64,000 bases of DNA from Candidatus Cloacimonadales bacterium. GTDB taxonomy: Bacteria; Cloacimonadota; Cloacimonadia; Cloacimonadales; JAFGVF01. The stretch spans positions 672,001 through 736,000 of the forward strand of contig OY782781.1 of the NCBI GenBank assembly GCA_963678315.1, written 5' to 3'. The notes below the pieces were generated by a model. That model saw only the letters and a list, made by a program, of their open reading frames with translations. It was not told the origin of the DNA and searched no databases. Positions 1 to 9,044 of this stretch are shown here, one piece after another. Each line of letters opens with the position of its first letter. The stretch's first letter is position 1. Both the position numbers and the translations under genes were made by a program.

Positions 1-286
1 AACCTTCTGAAAAAGTAATCTCAGGATTAACATAAATCAAGGGATTCTTTTTAGCACTATCTTCCCCACCCCATTCATAATCAATAGCAAATACTTGCTT
101 AGAAACACCAACTTGAGGGGCAGCTAAACCAACCCCATCAGTAATGTACATAGTATGGATCAGATCATCGCAGAATGCTAGAAACTCATCATCAAAAGTT
201 TCAATTTTTTCTGCTTGTAATCTTAGAACTTTATCCCCTACAAGGCGAATATCTAGTAGCTTTGGATTATTTTTTTGCTTCTTCAT
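1..286 (-). CDS. def: peptide deformylase, 5' part (runs off the window)
   Basis: Not in the ORF track. Manual translation from ATG at 286: MKKQKNNPKLLDIRLVGDKVLR...DLIHTMYITDGVGLAAPQVG, containing PDF motif 1 GxGLAAxQ. Overlaps the yajC 3' end. Confidence 0.9.
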   Translation of the reverse strand, partial: MKKQKNNPKLLDIRLVGDKVLRLQAEKIETFDDEFLAFCDDLIHTMYITDGVGLAAPQVGVSKQVFAIDYEWGGEDSAKKNPLIYVNPEITFSEG

Positions 287-623
287 TTACTTTACCTACT
301 ACAGCGCTTTTAATAACTTCTATAGTAGTCTTAGTGTTTTTATCTATTTCAATTACAAAAGTACTATTCTTTTCGTCAACCTTTGTAACAACACCCAAAA
401 TACCACTATTAAGTTGTACATGGTCACCTTTTTTAAGTGAATCAATTAAGTTTTGTTGTTCTTTTTGTTGCTTCTTCTGAGGTCTTAAAATCAAGAAATA
501 GAAAATAAGAATCATTGGAACAAACATTAGTAATGTGCTCATTATTCCACCACCAGCACCACCTTGGCCTGCTCCTGCTGAAGAATCAGCAGCTTCCAAT
601 ACATTAGAAAGTATATAAGTCAT
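267..623 (-). CDS. yajC: preprotein translocase subunit YajC
   Basis: Single TM helix followed by FYFLILRPQKKQQK...LKKGDHV...GILGVV signature. Confidence 0.93.
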   Translation of the reverse strand: MTYILSNVLEAADSSAGAGQGGAGGGIMSTLLMFVPMILIFYFLILRPQKKQQKEQQNLIDSLKKGDHVQLNSGILGVVTKVDEKNSTFVIEIDKNTKTTIEVIKSAVVGKVNEEAKK

Positions 624-728
624 TTTTTTCTCCTATCATTGTTATATTTTCTTTATTACTAGATTGTTAAATTAGTCAATAAAAAATTTTATTTACCAGC
701 TGAGACATATCTATGACCCTAATGCCAG

Positions 729-950
729 CCTTACTTGCCTCTTTGAAAAAAAGGCGATTTTTCAATGAGACCCTTAAGGCAGAAGGGAGGACACTGGGAA
801 CGCTGTGCCTTTAGTCCGGCTACTGCCGGATAGCTGGCTTCACTTAGAACGCAGTTATAAGTGAATTTGTAGAGACGTTTGGAAAAACGTCTCAGAAAAG
901 GGAGTGTAAGCATCCACCGATAGGTTGAACAAAGTTCATGCTTACGCAAA
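729..950. repeat. modular hairpin repeat, locus 1
   Basis: CTTACTTGCC..CCCTTAAGG, TTCACTTAGAAC..AAGTGAA, GTAGAGACG..CGTCTC and GTAAGCAT..ATGCTTAC modules shared with five other loci. Confidence 0.9.
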
Positions 951-973
951 AATAAGCAATATTCCGGATAAAC

Positions 974-1003
974 AAAAAGAGACGTTTTCCCAAACGTCTC
1001 TTT
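974..1003 (-). terminator. intrinsic terminator of the Gld-like ABC operon
   Basis: AAAGAGACGTTT-GGGA-AAACGTCTCTTTTT on the minus strand, 22 nt after the stop at 1025. Confidence 0.75.
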
Positions 1004-1024
1004 ATATTAATAATATATAAGCTT

Positions 1025-1945
1025 CTATTTAGTTAAATCTTCTTGGGAAGGTAGCAAACTATCATAGAAGGTACTATTTACTTTATAGAGAGGAGATTGC
1101 TGGTCATTTAACTGCATTAAATAGGTAGAATCATCCAAGCTTATAAGTTTAATAAGAGTGTCATTGTGGTCAGTTGTTCTAACAACAACACTTAGGTCTG
1201 GGTTGTTTAATCTAGTAGCATAGCTAGCGAATTCATTATCGTAGAAGTCATTAACTCTTAAGTTAGTAAATTTATTAACAATATTAGCAAGAGCATTATT
1301 GTTAGTTTTAACATTATAGCTTAGACCATTGTCATTATTTACCCATAAGGAGTCATTATTAACTAGCATCATTTTTCTATCTTTAGATGCAATATCGAAT
1401 CCGACTATTGATTCTTTAGCTAGCTTCAAGATATTGTTTTCTCTCCAGCTTTTAAGATCTGGTTTAATAGACCACATAATATTCTGATCTAATTGATAGA
1501 CATTGTCGGAATCAACTTCTCTTGCATAAGAAAGCTGGCTATTACTGCCTTTACCAATATATGCACTCTTTGCTACATTTCCATCATTAAGAGTTACTGT
1601 AACAAGGGTAGATAGGGAATCTGAAACATTATATTTGTCATGAGAAGAAGCAGATTCAGCTATTGGTAAAGTTGAAGTTTTAACTGTAAGAAGTTTTTTC
1701 AAGAGGTTATCAATCTTGGAAATCTTGATATCGGCTTCAACAGGAGAAGTTAGCTTCCATTCATCATTAAGCTTAGATAAAACAAGCTTATCTTCCCCAC
1801 TTTCAAGAGAGATTGAAGCTACTTTAAGAGAATCAACATCAAAGAATTTTACTACCTCTGCTTGAGTTTTTCCCATTTTAGAGAAGACATAAATACTAGC
1901 AACAATGACCAATATTATTATAGCTTTATAATTAATTTTGTACAT
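1025..1945 (-). CDS. DUF4340-like exported protein
   Basis: N-terminal TM, two repeated domains with W motifs, usual position downstream of GldG. Confidence 0.75.
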   Translation of the reverse strand: MYKINYKAIIILVIVASIYVFSKMGKTQAEVVKFFDVDSLKVASISLESGEDKLVLSKLNDEWKLTSPVEADIKISKIDNLLKKLLTVKTSTLPIAESASSHDKYNVSDSLSTLVTVTLNDGNVAKSAYIGKGSNSQLSYAREVDSDNVYQLDQNIMWSIKPDLKSWRENNILKLAKESIVGFDIASKDRKMMLVNNDSLWVNNDNGLSYNVKTNNNALANIVNKFTNLRVNDFYDNEFASYATRLNNPDLSVVVRTTDHNDTLIKLISLDDSTYLMQLNDQQSPLYKVNSTFYDSLLPSQEDLTK

Positions 1946-3536
1946 ATTTATCCTCTATCATTCTCTTTTTAATTCTATTTATACGGAATATAATTAATCC
2001 TAAGACAAGCAATAATGAAGAAGGAAGAAGTATGTTTAACCACTTGATTGTCTTCTTCTTAGCACTTGAAATATCCTCTTTTAAAGGTTTATAGGCTACT
2101 CCTCTAGAACGAAGTTTGATTAGTGATTCATTACCTGAAATATAATCTATACTATTAAGTATGAACTCAACCTTGTTACCTAAAGTTAGCTGTGCCATCT
2201 TGCGATTATTGTTTTGAATTCCGTTATCCATTAGGATTTCATTATCTGCTAAATAGATTATATTAGCTTGGGTAGACTCAACTAAGGCATCAGGATAATC
2301 TGCATTGTTAGCAAAGAAACTCTTGAATGAACCTTTATATAAACCAGCTACACAAGCTTTCTCACCAACCAAAAGGGTATCGACATCTTTGTTTAGATAC
2401 TTATAAAAGCTCATGTCGTAGTTAGGACCGCCAACTCTTTCAGTCTTTGCTGAAGTAAAGATTAGAGGAGTAAATTCAATATTTTCTGCTATATTAGTTG
2501 TATCAATCTCAGAAGGTGCGAACATTTGTAAGATTTCTAGATCGCTTACTATATCGTTATCAGGATTGAATTCTGTAAGATACATTTGGAATGGGTATTG
2601 AGCTTGATAGCGGTAAAGCCTACCTCTATTCATAAAGCTAAAGACTCTTGTATCACAGTTAGCATCACCAATAACATTGTTCTTTACATTTACTCCATAG
2701 TTACTTAGCAGGTCAAAGAGATTAGTTGATATATCCTGAGCAGTAAGTCTTTGCTGGTCAGCTACAACTTTATCCTGGAAGAAGATTACAGATCCACCAT
2801 TCATTATATACTGGTCAAGATTGTAGAGCTGGTCAGTAGATAACGAATCAGTAATTCCAGTAATAAAAATGCCTTTAATATGGTCTTTAACCGGTTCTGT
2901 AAAGTCTATTGCTTCAATTTCATTATTCTGTTGCAGGATAGCATTAAAAGTTTGGTAATTATCAAAGCTACGACCAAACATATCTCTTGATAGAGATTCA
3001 GGTTTAAATACGCCAATCTTTCTCTTTGCAGGAGCTTTGATGTCCATTATAGTAGAAGTGATTTCATACTCTAAACCTTGAGTAGAAACGATAAAAGGAA
3101 CTGTCTCTGTTCTTCCTTGATATAAGAAAGCTAGTCCTAGAAAGACCTCTCGGGTAACAATCTTTTCATTCTCATTAACTTGAATACCTCTTGGCTCAAC
3201 CATATTCTTCTTTGCTTCTGCTTTAGCATCTTCATCTGAATCAGGATTAATAAATTCAAACTTAAGTTTACCTTTGGAATATGCTTGATACTCGGTTAAA
3301 AGGTCTTCTGTATATCTTTTAACATCAGCAAGCTGAGGGGTCAAATCATCGGAGAAATAAGCTTTCACCACTACTCTGTCATCTAAATTAGCAACAGCTT
3401 GCATGGATGCATCAGAAAGGGAATACATCTTATCCTTGGAGAAGTCAAGTCTCTTGAAATTATCAACAGAAAGTAGATTTATAAATACAATAATGGCAAT
3501 GATTACCAATAGGTTAATAGTTATTATCTTTTTCAT
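1932..3536 (-). CDS. GldG-family ABC transporter auxiliary protein
   Basis: RLDFSKDKMYSLS, LKFEFINP, EYEITSTI, LDQYIMNGG, NSIDYISG...LRSR motifs; N- and C-terminal TMs. Confidence 0.88.
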   Translation of the reverse strand: MKKIITINLLVIIAIIVFINLLSVDNFKRLDFSKDKMYSLSDASMQAVANLDDRVVVKAYFSDDLTPQLADVKRYTEDLLTEYQAYSKGKLKFEFINPDSDEDAKAEAKKNMVEPRGIQVNENEKIVTREVFLGLAFLYQGRTETVPFIVSTQGLEYEITSTIMDIKAPAKRKIGVFKPESLSRDMFGRSFDNYQTFNAILQQNNEIEAIDFTEPVKDHIKGIFITGITDSLSTDQLYNLDQYIMNGGSVIFFQDKVVADQQRLTAQDISTNLFDLLSNYGVNVKNNVIGDANCDTRVFSFMNRGRLYRYQAQYPFQMYLTEFNPDNDIVSDLEILQMFAPSEIDTTNIAENIEFTPLIFTSAKTERVGGPNYDMSFYKYLNKDVDTLLVGEKACVAGLYKGSFKSFFANNADYPDALVESTQANIIYLADNEILMDNGIQNNNRKMAQLTLGNKVEFILNSIDYISGNESLIKLRSRGVAYKPLKEDISSAKKKTIKWLNILLPSSLLLVLGLIIFRINRIKKRMIEDKYVQN

Positions 3537-3551
3537 ATTATAGCTCCTCCC

Positions 3552-4262
3552 CTATCTTTTCTTCATTTCTAAAGCTGTTGATGAGAGTTTTAAGAATAAG
3601 AATATCATGGAAGCAAAATAGATAATATTTCTGCTATCGACTACTCCCTTTGAAATAGTAGAAAGATGATAATTCACACTCATATATTGGAAAATAACTC
3701 CTAATCCTGAAGGGATGAAGAAGAGAACAGCATCAATTATATAAAAGAAGAAACAGATAAAGAAACTGACAATAAATGCCACAATCTGATTCTTGGTTAA
3801 GCATGATGTGAATGTTCCTATAGCAGTGAAGACACCAGCAAGAAGGAACAAACCTAGATAACCAAGAGCCATAGCACCAATATCTACTTTAGTTCCTACA
3901 TGCAAGATTGTTATTGGATAGATCATTGTAAAGAGCATTCCAATTGCTATCAAGCCTATAGCGGAGATATATTTGCCTAAGACTATTTGGTATGATTTAA
4001 CCGGCATGGTTGTGAGCAGTTCAATAGTTCCGGTATTGTTTTCTTTGGAGACAAGCCCCATTGTTGTAGCAGGGATGAAGATTAAGAATATCATCGGAGC
4101 AATTCCAAAGAATCCTCTTAGGTCTGATTGATTACTTAAGAATAGAGGATTAGCAAAGAACCATCCAGAAATAACCAAGAAACCAATCAAAACCATGTAA
4201 GCTGAAAGAGATTTAAAGTAACCTGCAAACTCTTTCTTGGCAATAGTTAGAATGTAATTCAT
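3552..4262 (-). CDS. GldF-like ABC-2 permease
   Basis: IAKKEF..YF, TM..SKE..GTIELLTTMP, IVLGKY motifs; 6 TMs. Confidence 0.88.
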   Translation of the reverse strand: MNYILTIAKKEFAGYFKSLSAYMVLIGFLVISGWFFANPLFLSNQSDLRGFFGIAPMIFLIFIPATTMGLVSKENNTGTIELLTTMPVKSYQIVLGKYISAIGLIAIGMLFTMIYPITILHVGTKVDIGAMALGYLGLFLLAGVFTAIGTFTSCLTKNQIVAFIVSFFICFFFYIIDAVLFFIPSGLGVIFQYMSVNYHLSTISKGVVDSRNIIYFASMIFLFLKLSSTALEMKKR

Positions 4263-5201
4263 CTACTTACCTCCCTGAAGTGTTAGTGAACGGAAGACCT
4301 CTTCTAAAGAGATATAATCACGGTGGAATTCTAGTAAGTTCCAATCTTGAGACTTAATATAAGAGTAAAGTTCTGCTCTAATATCTTTCTTAGGATTATA
4401 TTCAAAAATTGCTTCATTATATTCTTCATTTAGAGGGCTTACAGACCTAAGTTTAGCATCAGGAATGCTTGTCGAGATAGCAGATAGTTCTTCTTCACTA
4501 GCATTAACATGCACAACTATCTTTGAGTTCTTTGCATAGTTCTCTTGAAGCTCTTCTTGACTACCATCAGCCACAATCTTACCCTTATTTATAATAACAA
4601 TTCTATTGCAGATTGCTTGTACTTCTTGCAAAATATGACTAGATAGGATAACAGTCTTCTCTTTACCTAACTCTTTGATAAGCTCTCTAATCTCTACAAT
4701 TTGGTTAGGGTCAAGTCCTGAAGTAGGTTCATCAAGAATAAGTATCTTAGGGTCATGAATAATAGCTTGTGCTAAACCAACCCTTTGCTTGTATCCTTTA
4801 GATAAGGTGTGGATTGGCTTTGCGACTACATCAGTTAAACCACACTTCTTAATAGTTTTCTTAAATACCTTGCTGAAGTCATCTTTCTTAATGCCTCTCA
4901 TACTAGCAACGTACTTCAAGTAATCATAAACTGTCATTTCTAAGTAGAGAGGATTAGTCTCAGGTAAATAACCTATTAATGCCCTAATCTTTTCTGAATC
5001 TTCTCTTACATTGAAATCCTCAACTTTAATATTTCCTGCAGAAGGATTCAAATAACAAGTCAACATTTTTAAGGTAGTTGATTTTCCAGCCCCGTTAGGA
5101 CCTAAGAAACCAAGTATTTCGCCTTCGTTAATCTCAAAGTTAATTGAATCTACAGCACGAACATCGCCATAATCTTTCACTAGATTTTCCAGCCGAATCA
5201 T
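4263..5201 (-). CDS. GldA-like ABC ATP-binding protein
   Basis: Walker A GPNGAGKS, LSKGYKQRVGLAQA, ILDEPTSGLDPNQ. Confidence 0.92.
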   Translation of the reverse strand: MIRLENLVKDYGDVRAVDSINFEINEGEILGFLGPNGAGKSTTLKMLTCYLNPSAGNIKVEDFNVREDSEKIRALIGYLPETNPLYLEMTVYDYLKYVASMRGIKKDDFSKVFKKTIKKCGLTDVVAKPIHTLSKGYKQRVGLAQAIIHDPKILILDEPTSGLDPNQIVEIRELIKELGKEKTVILSSHILQEVQAICNRIVIINKGKIVADGSQEELQENYAKNSKIVVHVNASEEELSAISTSIPDAKLRSVSPLNEEYNEAIFEYNPKKDIRAELYSYIKSQDWNLLEFHRDYISLEEVFRSLTLQGGK

Positions 5202-5367
5202 TGATTCTACTCCTTATAAGTTTTATTTTATTATGTATATATTTTTAACGCTTTTAGCCCTTAATAGTTACAGATGCTTTTAAATTTTATAGCTGTGTCA
5301 AGGAAAATTATTGACAAGAGCTAGCAGCTAACGTATATGTTAGATAATAATCAAGATAAGGATAATA

Positions 5368-5946
5368 ATGAAAAAGAAATATAATATGATAGATGAGAAT
5401 CTCTTTGATAACAAGACTTTAGAAGTTCTTTATCAGCTCAGCAAACTTAAGAACCTTTACCGTCAAGGGTGGCTTAAAAGAAATGTTTCTGAAGAGATTG
5501 GAGAATCAGTTGCCGACCACTCTTTCTCTACTGCTATGACTGCTTGGATTCTTGCAAAACACCTTAATCTACAAGTAGATATTGAAAAGGTTCTCAAGAT
5601 GAGTTTAGTTCATGAGATTGGAGAAATATACGCCGGAGATATAACCCCTGTTGATGGAATTTCTCTTGAGGACAAATACCAAAGAGAACTGGCTAGTGTT
5701 GAGAAAGTCTTCGCTGACTACCCTCAAGGGCAAGAGTTTATAGACTTATGGAAGGAGTTTGAAGATGCTAAATCGCCTGAAGCAAAGTTCCTTAAACAGA
5801 TAGATAAGTTTGAGATGGGATTGCAAGCATCTATCTATAAGAAGCACGATATTGGGATAATGGATGAGTTTCTTGCTTCTGGACAAAAAGCTCAAAGTGA
5901 CCAAGAATTAAAGAAGCTGTATCAAGAAATGATTGATAATATTTAG
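5368..5946 (+). CDS. HD-domain hydrolase (YfbR/HDDC2-like 5'-deoxynucleotidase)
   Basis: LK...RQGW, ESVADHS, HE(I)GE..GDITP, DKFEM motifs. Confidence 0.85.
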   Translation: MKKKYNMIDENLFDNKTLEVLYQLSKLKNLYRQGWLKRNVSEEIGESVADHSFSTAMTAWILAKHLNLQVDIEKVLKMSLVHEIGEIYAGDITPVDGISLEDKYQRELASVEKVFADYPQGQEFIDLWKEFEDAKSPEAKFLKQIDKFEMGLQASIYKKHDIGIMDEFLASGQKAQSDQELKKLYQEMIDNI

Positions 5947-5954
5947 GAGTAATT

Positions 5955-6431
5955 ATGAAAACACTAATCATCTATGGAACTAGGAATGGAAGTGTTCGAA
6001 CTGTAGCAAATAAGCTTAAACAAGGACTTGAAGGTCAAATAGATATCATAGACTCAAAAGAAACTACAGTAAAGGATATTACAGGCTATAATAAGGTATT
6101 AATTGGTTCATCAATTTACTTTGGACAGATAAACAAGCATGTAAAAGAGTTTATCAATATGCATAAGCCTGAACTCTTGAACAAGAGATTGGGGGTCTTT
6201 ATTCTTGCAGGTGAAAAGGATAAATCTAAAATGGAACGTCAGCTCAGAAACTCAATCACAAATGACATCTATGAAAAAGCAGACCTTATAAGCGTCATTG
6301 GTTCTGAGATTAAGTTAGAGAAGTATTCATGGTTAGTTAAGCTTATTCTTAAGTATGGTCAAGGTATTAAAGAGAACTATCAGGACTTAAAGGAAGATAA
6401 AATAAAGGAATTTGTGAAACTATTCAAATAA
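5955..6431 (+). CDS. flavodoxin-domain protein (HemG-like)
   Basis: IIYGTRNGSVR FMN loop, LIGSSIYFG. Confidence 0.8.
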   Translation: MKTLIIYGTRNGSVRTVANKLKQGLEGQIDIIDSKETTVKDITGYNKVLIGSSIYFGQINKHVKEFINMHKPELLNKRLGVFILAGEKDKSKMERQLRNSITNDIYEKADLISVIGSEIKLEKYSWLVKLILKYGQGIKENYQDLKEDKIKEFVKLFK

Positions 6432-6635
6432 AATATAAATATAAAAGATGTCATAGGGGTGCAATTCTATAAATATTTACTAACAGCCTACTCAATCCCT
6501 AATGGCCTCCTGCATTAAATTGTCATTTTATGCAAGTGACGCAAGGGCACGAAGGTAGATTCGGAGAAGGTTTGGTTGCTACGGAATAGTTAGTAAAGAG
6601 GAGTATAGAGGAAATATGATTTATATTCCAATAAA

Positions 6636-6661
6636 AAGCCCACTAACTAAGTAATGGGCTT
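6636..6661. terminator. hairpin between convergent genes
   Basis: AAAAAGCCCA...TGGGCTT. Confidence 0.55.
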
Positions 6662-6679
6662 AGATACATAAATAAAGAA

Positions 6680-6973
6680 TTATTTAATTTTTTTGCCTTT
6701 TTCTTCGAGTTTTTTATATCTATCTTTTTGTTTGTCAGTCCATTTTTCTTGATCTTCAATATCTTTGTGTTCTTCAATGAACTCGCCTAAATGTTTCATA
6801 AATTCAGTTTGTTTAACTTCATCTTTTGATTCAGAAGCTTTGATACCTTCGTCAATTAGGTTTTCATATTTGTCCAACATCTTGTCAACAGGGTCCTTGC
6901 TACAACCAAGTGTACTAAAAGCAAAAGTAGCTAATATTAACACAACCAATGATAATTGTAATATCTTTTTCAT
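6680..6973 (-). CDS. small lipoprotein
   Basis: Signal peptide with TLGC lipobox, GGAGG RBS, charged helical body. Confidence 0.75.
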   Translation of the reverse strand: MKKILQLSLVVLILATFAFSTLGCSKDPVDKMLDKYENLIDEGIKASESKDEVKQTEFMKHLGEFIEEHKDIEDQEKWTDKQKDRYKKLEEKGKKIK

Positions 6974-7056
6974 ATTACCTCCAATAATTTATGTCAAAGA
7001 TAGCACTAAATTTTTGTCTGTCAATAGTTTTATTAATATTTCTTAACAATTCAGCA

Positions 7057-8175
7057 TTATTTAGCAAGTTCAATAATTTTCAGCACATGTTTTTCCCAAG
7101 AAAACTTGCTTACTTGCTCTAAGCCTTTATCAATCATTATCTTTTGAAGCTCCTTATCATTAAGAACTTTTTGGATACTTTCTGCGATTTCTTCAACTGA
7201 GTTTGGATTGAATGTTAAGATTGCATCTCCGCCAACTTCAGGTAAGGAGGACACGTTGGAGCATATAACAGGAGTTGAGCAGTGCATAGCTTCAAGCAGA
7301 GGTATACCGAAGCCCTCATAGAAAGAAGGGAAAGCATAAAGACTTGCGTTCTTATAAAGTGCCCCCAAATGATTGTCTGGAACAAATCCCAAGAATATTA
7401 TATTCTCTTTATCTGGTGAATTCTTAGCATAATTCATCACTTCTTCAGCTCCATTCCATTCACTTCCACCAAAGACAAGTTGGTACTTTTCTTTCAGAGA
7501 AGGGGCTAATGTTTCGTAGGCTTTTATAAGGTTAAGGTGGTTCTTGCCAGGGTGTTCAATCCTTGATATATATAGTATAAAATCACCTTTGAGGTTATAT
7601 TCATTGATAAGTTGTTCTTTAGAAACAAGGGCTTTAAGCTTAGCTGGAGAATAGCCATTATAGTTAACTTCAATTCTATCTTCAGGAAGCTTATAGTACC
7701 TTTGCATATCTAGTTTTGTGCTATTAGATATAGCCATAATTAACTGAGCTTTTTTAAGGAAGAAAGGAATCACTTTTTTAATATAGAACATTCTAAATGA
7801 ATCATATTTGCCATCAATATGGAATTGAGATAAATCATGGAAGGTCACTATTGTTTTCTTAGGGTAAAAAGCAAAAAGTCTTCTATTTCCTGCTGGTAGA
7901 AAGACGAAGTCATACCTATGGAAAGGTAAGGTTAGGGGTAGTACAAATAAGTGGTAAGCCATACTTATGATAGCATTAGAGAACTTATCTGATACTTTAA
8001 GCAGATTAATATTCTCATTCTTTATAGGGAAGATATGGCTATCTTTCTCATAAATAAGCAAGTCTAGTTTGTGGTCTTTTGAGAGAAATTCAATTACGTT
8101 ATTTGTATAATCTGCGATACCCGATTTGCCCTTATCATAAGCTAGAACAGAAACTAAAATTTTATATTGTCTCAT
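7057..8175 (-). CDS. glycosyltransferase family 4
   Basis: FPSFYEGFGIPLLEAM...SSLPEVGG. Confidence 0.92.
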   Translation of the reverse strand: MRQYKILVSVLAYDKGKSGIADYTNNVIEFLSKDHKLDLLIYEKDSHIFPIKNENINLLKVSDKFSNAIISMAYHLFVLPLTLPFHRYDFVFLPAGNRRLFAFYPKKTIVTFHDLSQFHIDGKYDSFRMFYIKKVIPFFLKKAQLIMAISNSTKLDMQRYYKLPEDRIEVNYNGYSPAKLKALVSKEQLINEYNLKGDFILYISRIEHPGKNHLNLIKAYETLAPSLKEKYQLVFGGSEWNGAEEVMNYAKNSPDKENIIFLGFVPDNHLGALYKNASLYAFPSFYEGFGIPLLEAMHCSTPVICSNVSSLPEVGGDAILTFNPNSVEEIAESIQKVLNDKELQKIMIDKGLEQVSKFSWEKHVLKIIELAK

Positions 8176-8206
8176 TATCCCTTCTTTAAATTATTTGAAA
8201 AATCTA

Positions 8207-9040
8207 TTAGACTCTAGCCTTCCAAACATAATACCTTTGCATATACCTAACTACTATAGAATAAGGAATCCACCAAAATTCTTTGCATTTAAGCAAGTAA
8301 ATAATATCTCTAGCAGACTCTGATAAAGCAGAAATAAGAACAGCTCTGAGGTAAGAAGCTCTCTTTTCTTGATATATCTCTTTTTCAGCCTTCCCTTCGC
8401 CTGTATAGCGTTTTTTGATGCCTTTAAAGTTATAATTATGTGAGTGTTCAACTACAGCATCAGGAACATATTGGATTTTCTTGCCCATTTTCTTCATTCT
8501 CCATGACCATTCTATATCTTCTGAATATTGAATAGTTGGATTAAATGGATATTCCGTGATAATCTTCTTTGTTACAGCAGAAGACGCTAAGGAGAAGAAG
8601 TGTTTCCATGTTGAAGAAATCTTACCATCTCCAAATGCTCTTTCATAGTCTTTACGAACTAATGGTATTGCATCACTTCGTGGAATCTGATTAGCAAAGA
8701 CTGAGACCACTTCCGGGTCTTCTTCAAATGGTTTAATTAACTTTTCTAGCCAATATTTATCTTGGGGAATACAGTCTGAATTGTTAAAAACAATAATCTC
8801 TCCAGAGACTTTTGAAATTGCCTCATTAAGAACTCTTCCTGGCACATAAGTACCTGGTTCAATTTGATAAATTATATCTGGATTATATTCTTGAGCTAGC
8901 TCATAAGAACCATCTGTAGAACCAGAATCAACTATCAGCAATTCAAAGTCTTGCATTGTTTGCTTTTCTAGCATTTTAAGAGCATATTTTATGTATGGCA
9001 TCTCATTATAGACACGCATAATTATTGAAACTTTTGGCAT
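8207..9040 (-). CDS. glycosyltransferase family 2 (rhamnosyltransferase-like)
   Basis: VSIIMRVYNE, VDSGSTDG, SEDIEWS, VEHSHNY. Confidence 0.88.
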   Translation of the reverse strand: MPKVSIIMRVYNEMPYIKYALKMLEKQTMQDFELLIVDSGSTDGSYELAQEYNPDIIYQIEPGTYVPGRVLNEAISKVSGEIIVFNNSDCIPQDKYWLEKLIKPFEEDPEVVSVFANQIPRSDAIPLVRKDYERAFGDGKISSTWKHFFSLASSAVTKKIITEYPFNPTIQYSEDIEWSWRMKKMGKKIQYVPDAVVEHSHNYNFKGIKKRYTGEGKAEKEIYQEKRASYLRAVLISALSESARDIIYLLKCKEFWWIPYSIVVRYMQRYYVWKARV

Positions 9041-9044
9041 GGTT

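Noticed and set aside
144..480. Plus-strand ORFs 144-440 and 175-480 and similar antisense ORFs across the window
   Set aside because: They are shadows of well-supported genes on the opposite strand or in another frame.
731..949. Short ORFs in repeat loci (731-949, 12154-12960, 22616-23149, 25385-25917, 26999-27268, 44386-44574, 50762-51046)
   Set aside because: They are translations of the hairpin modules in varying frames, mostly with TTG starts and no convincing RBS; the peptide similarity simply reflects the DNA repeats.
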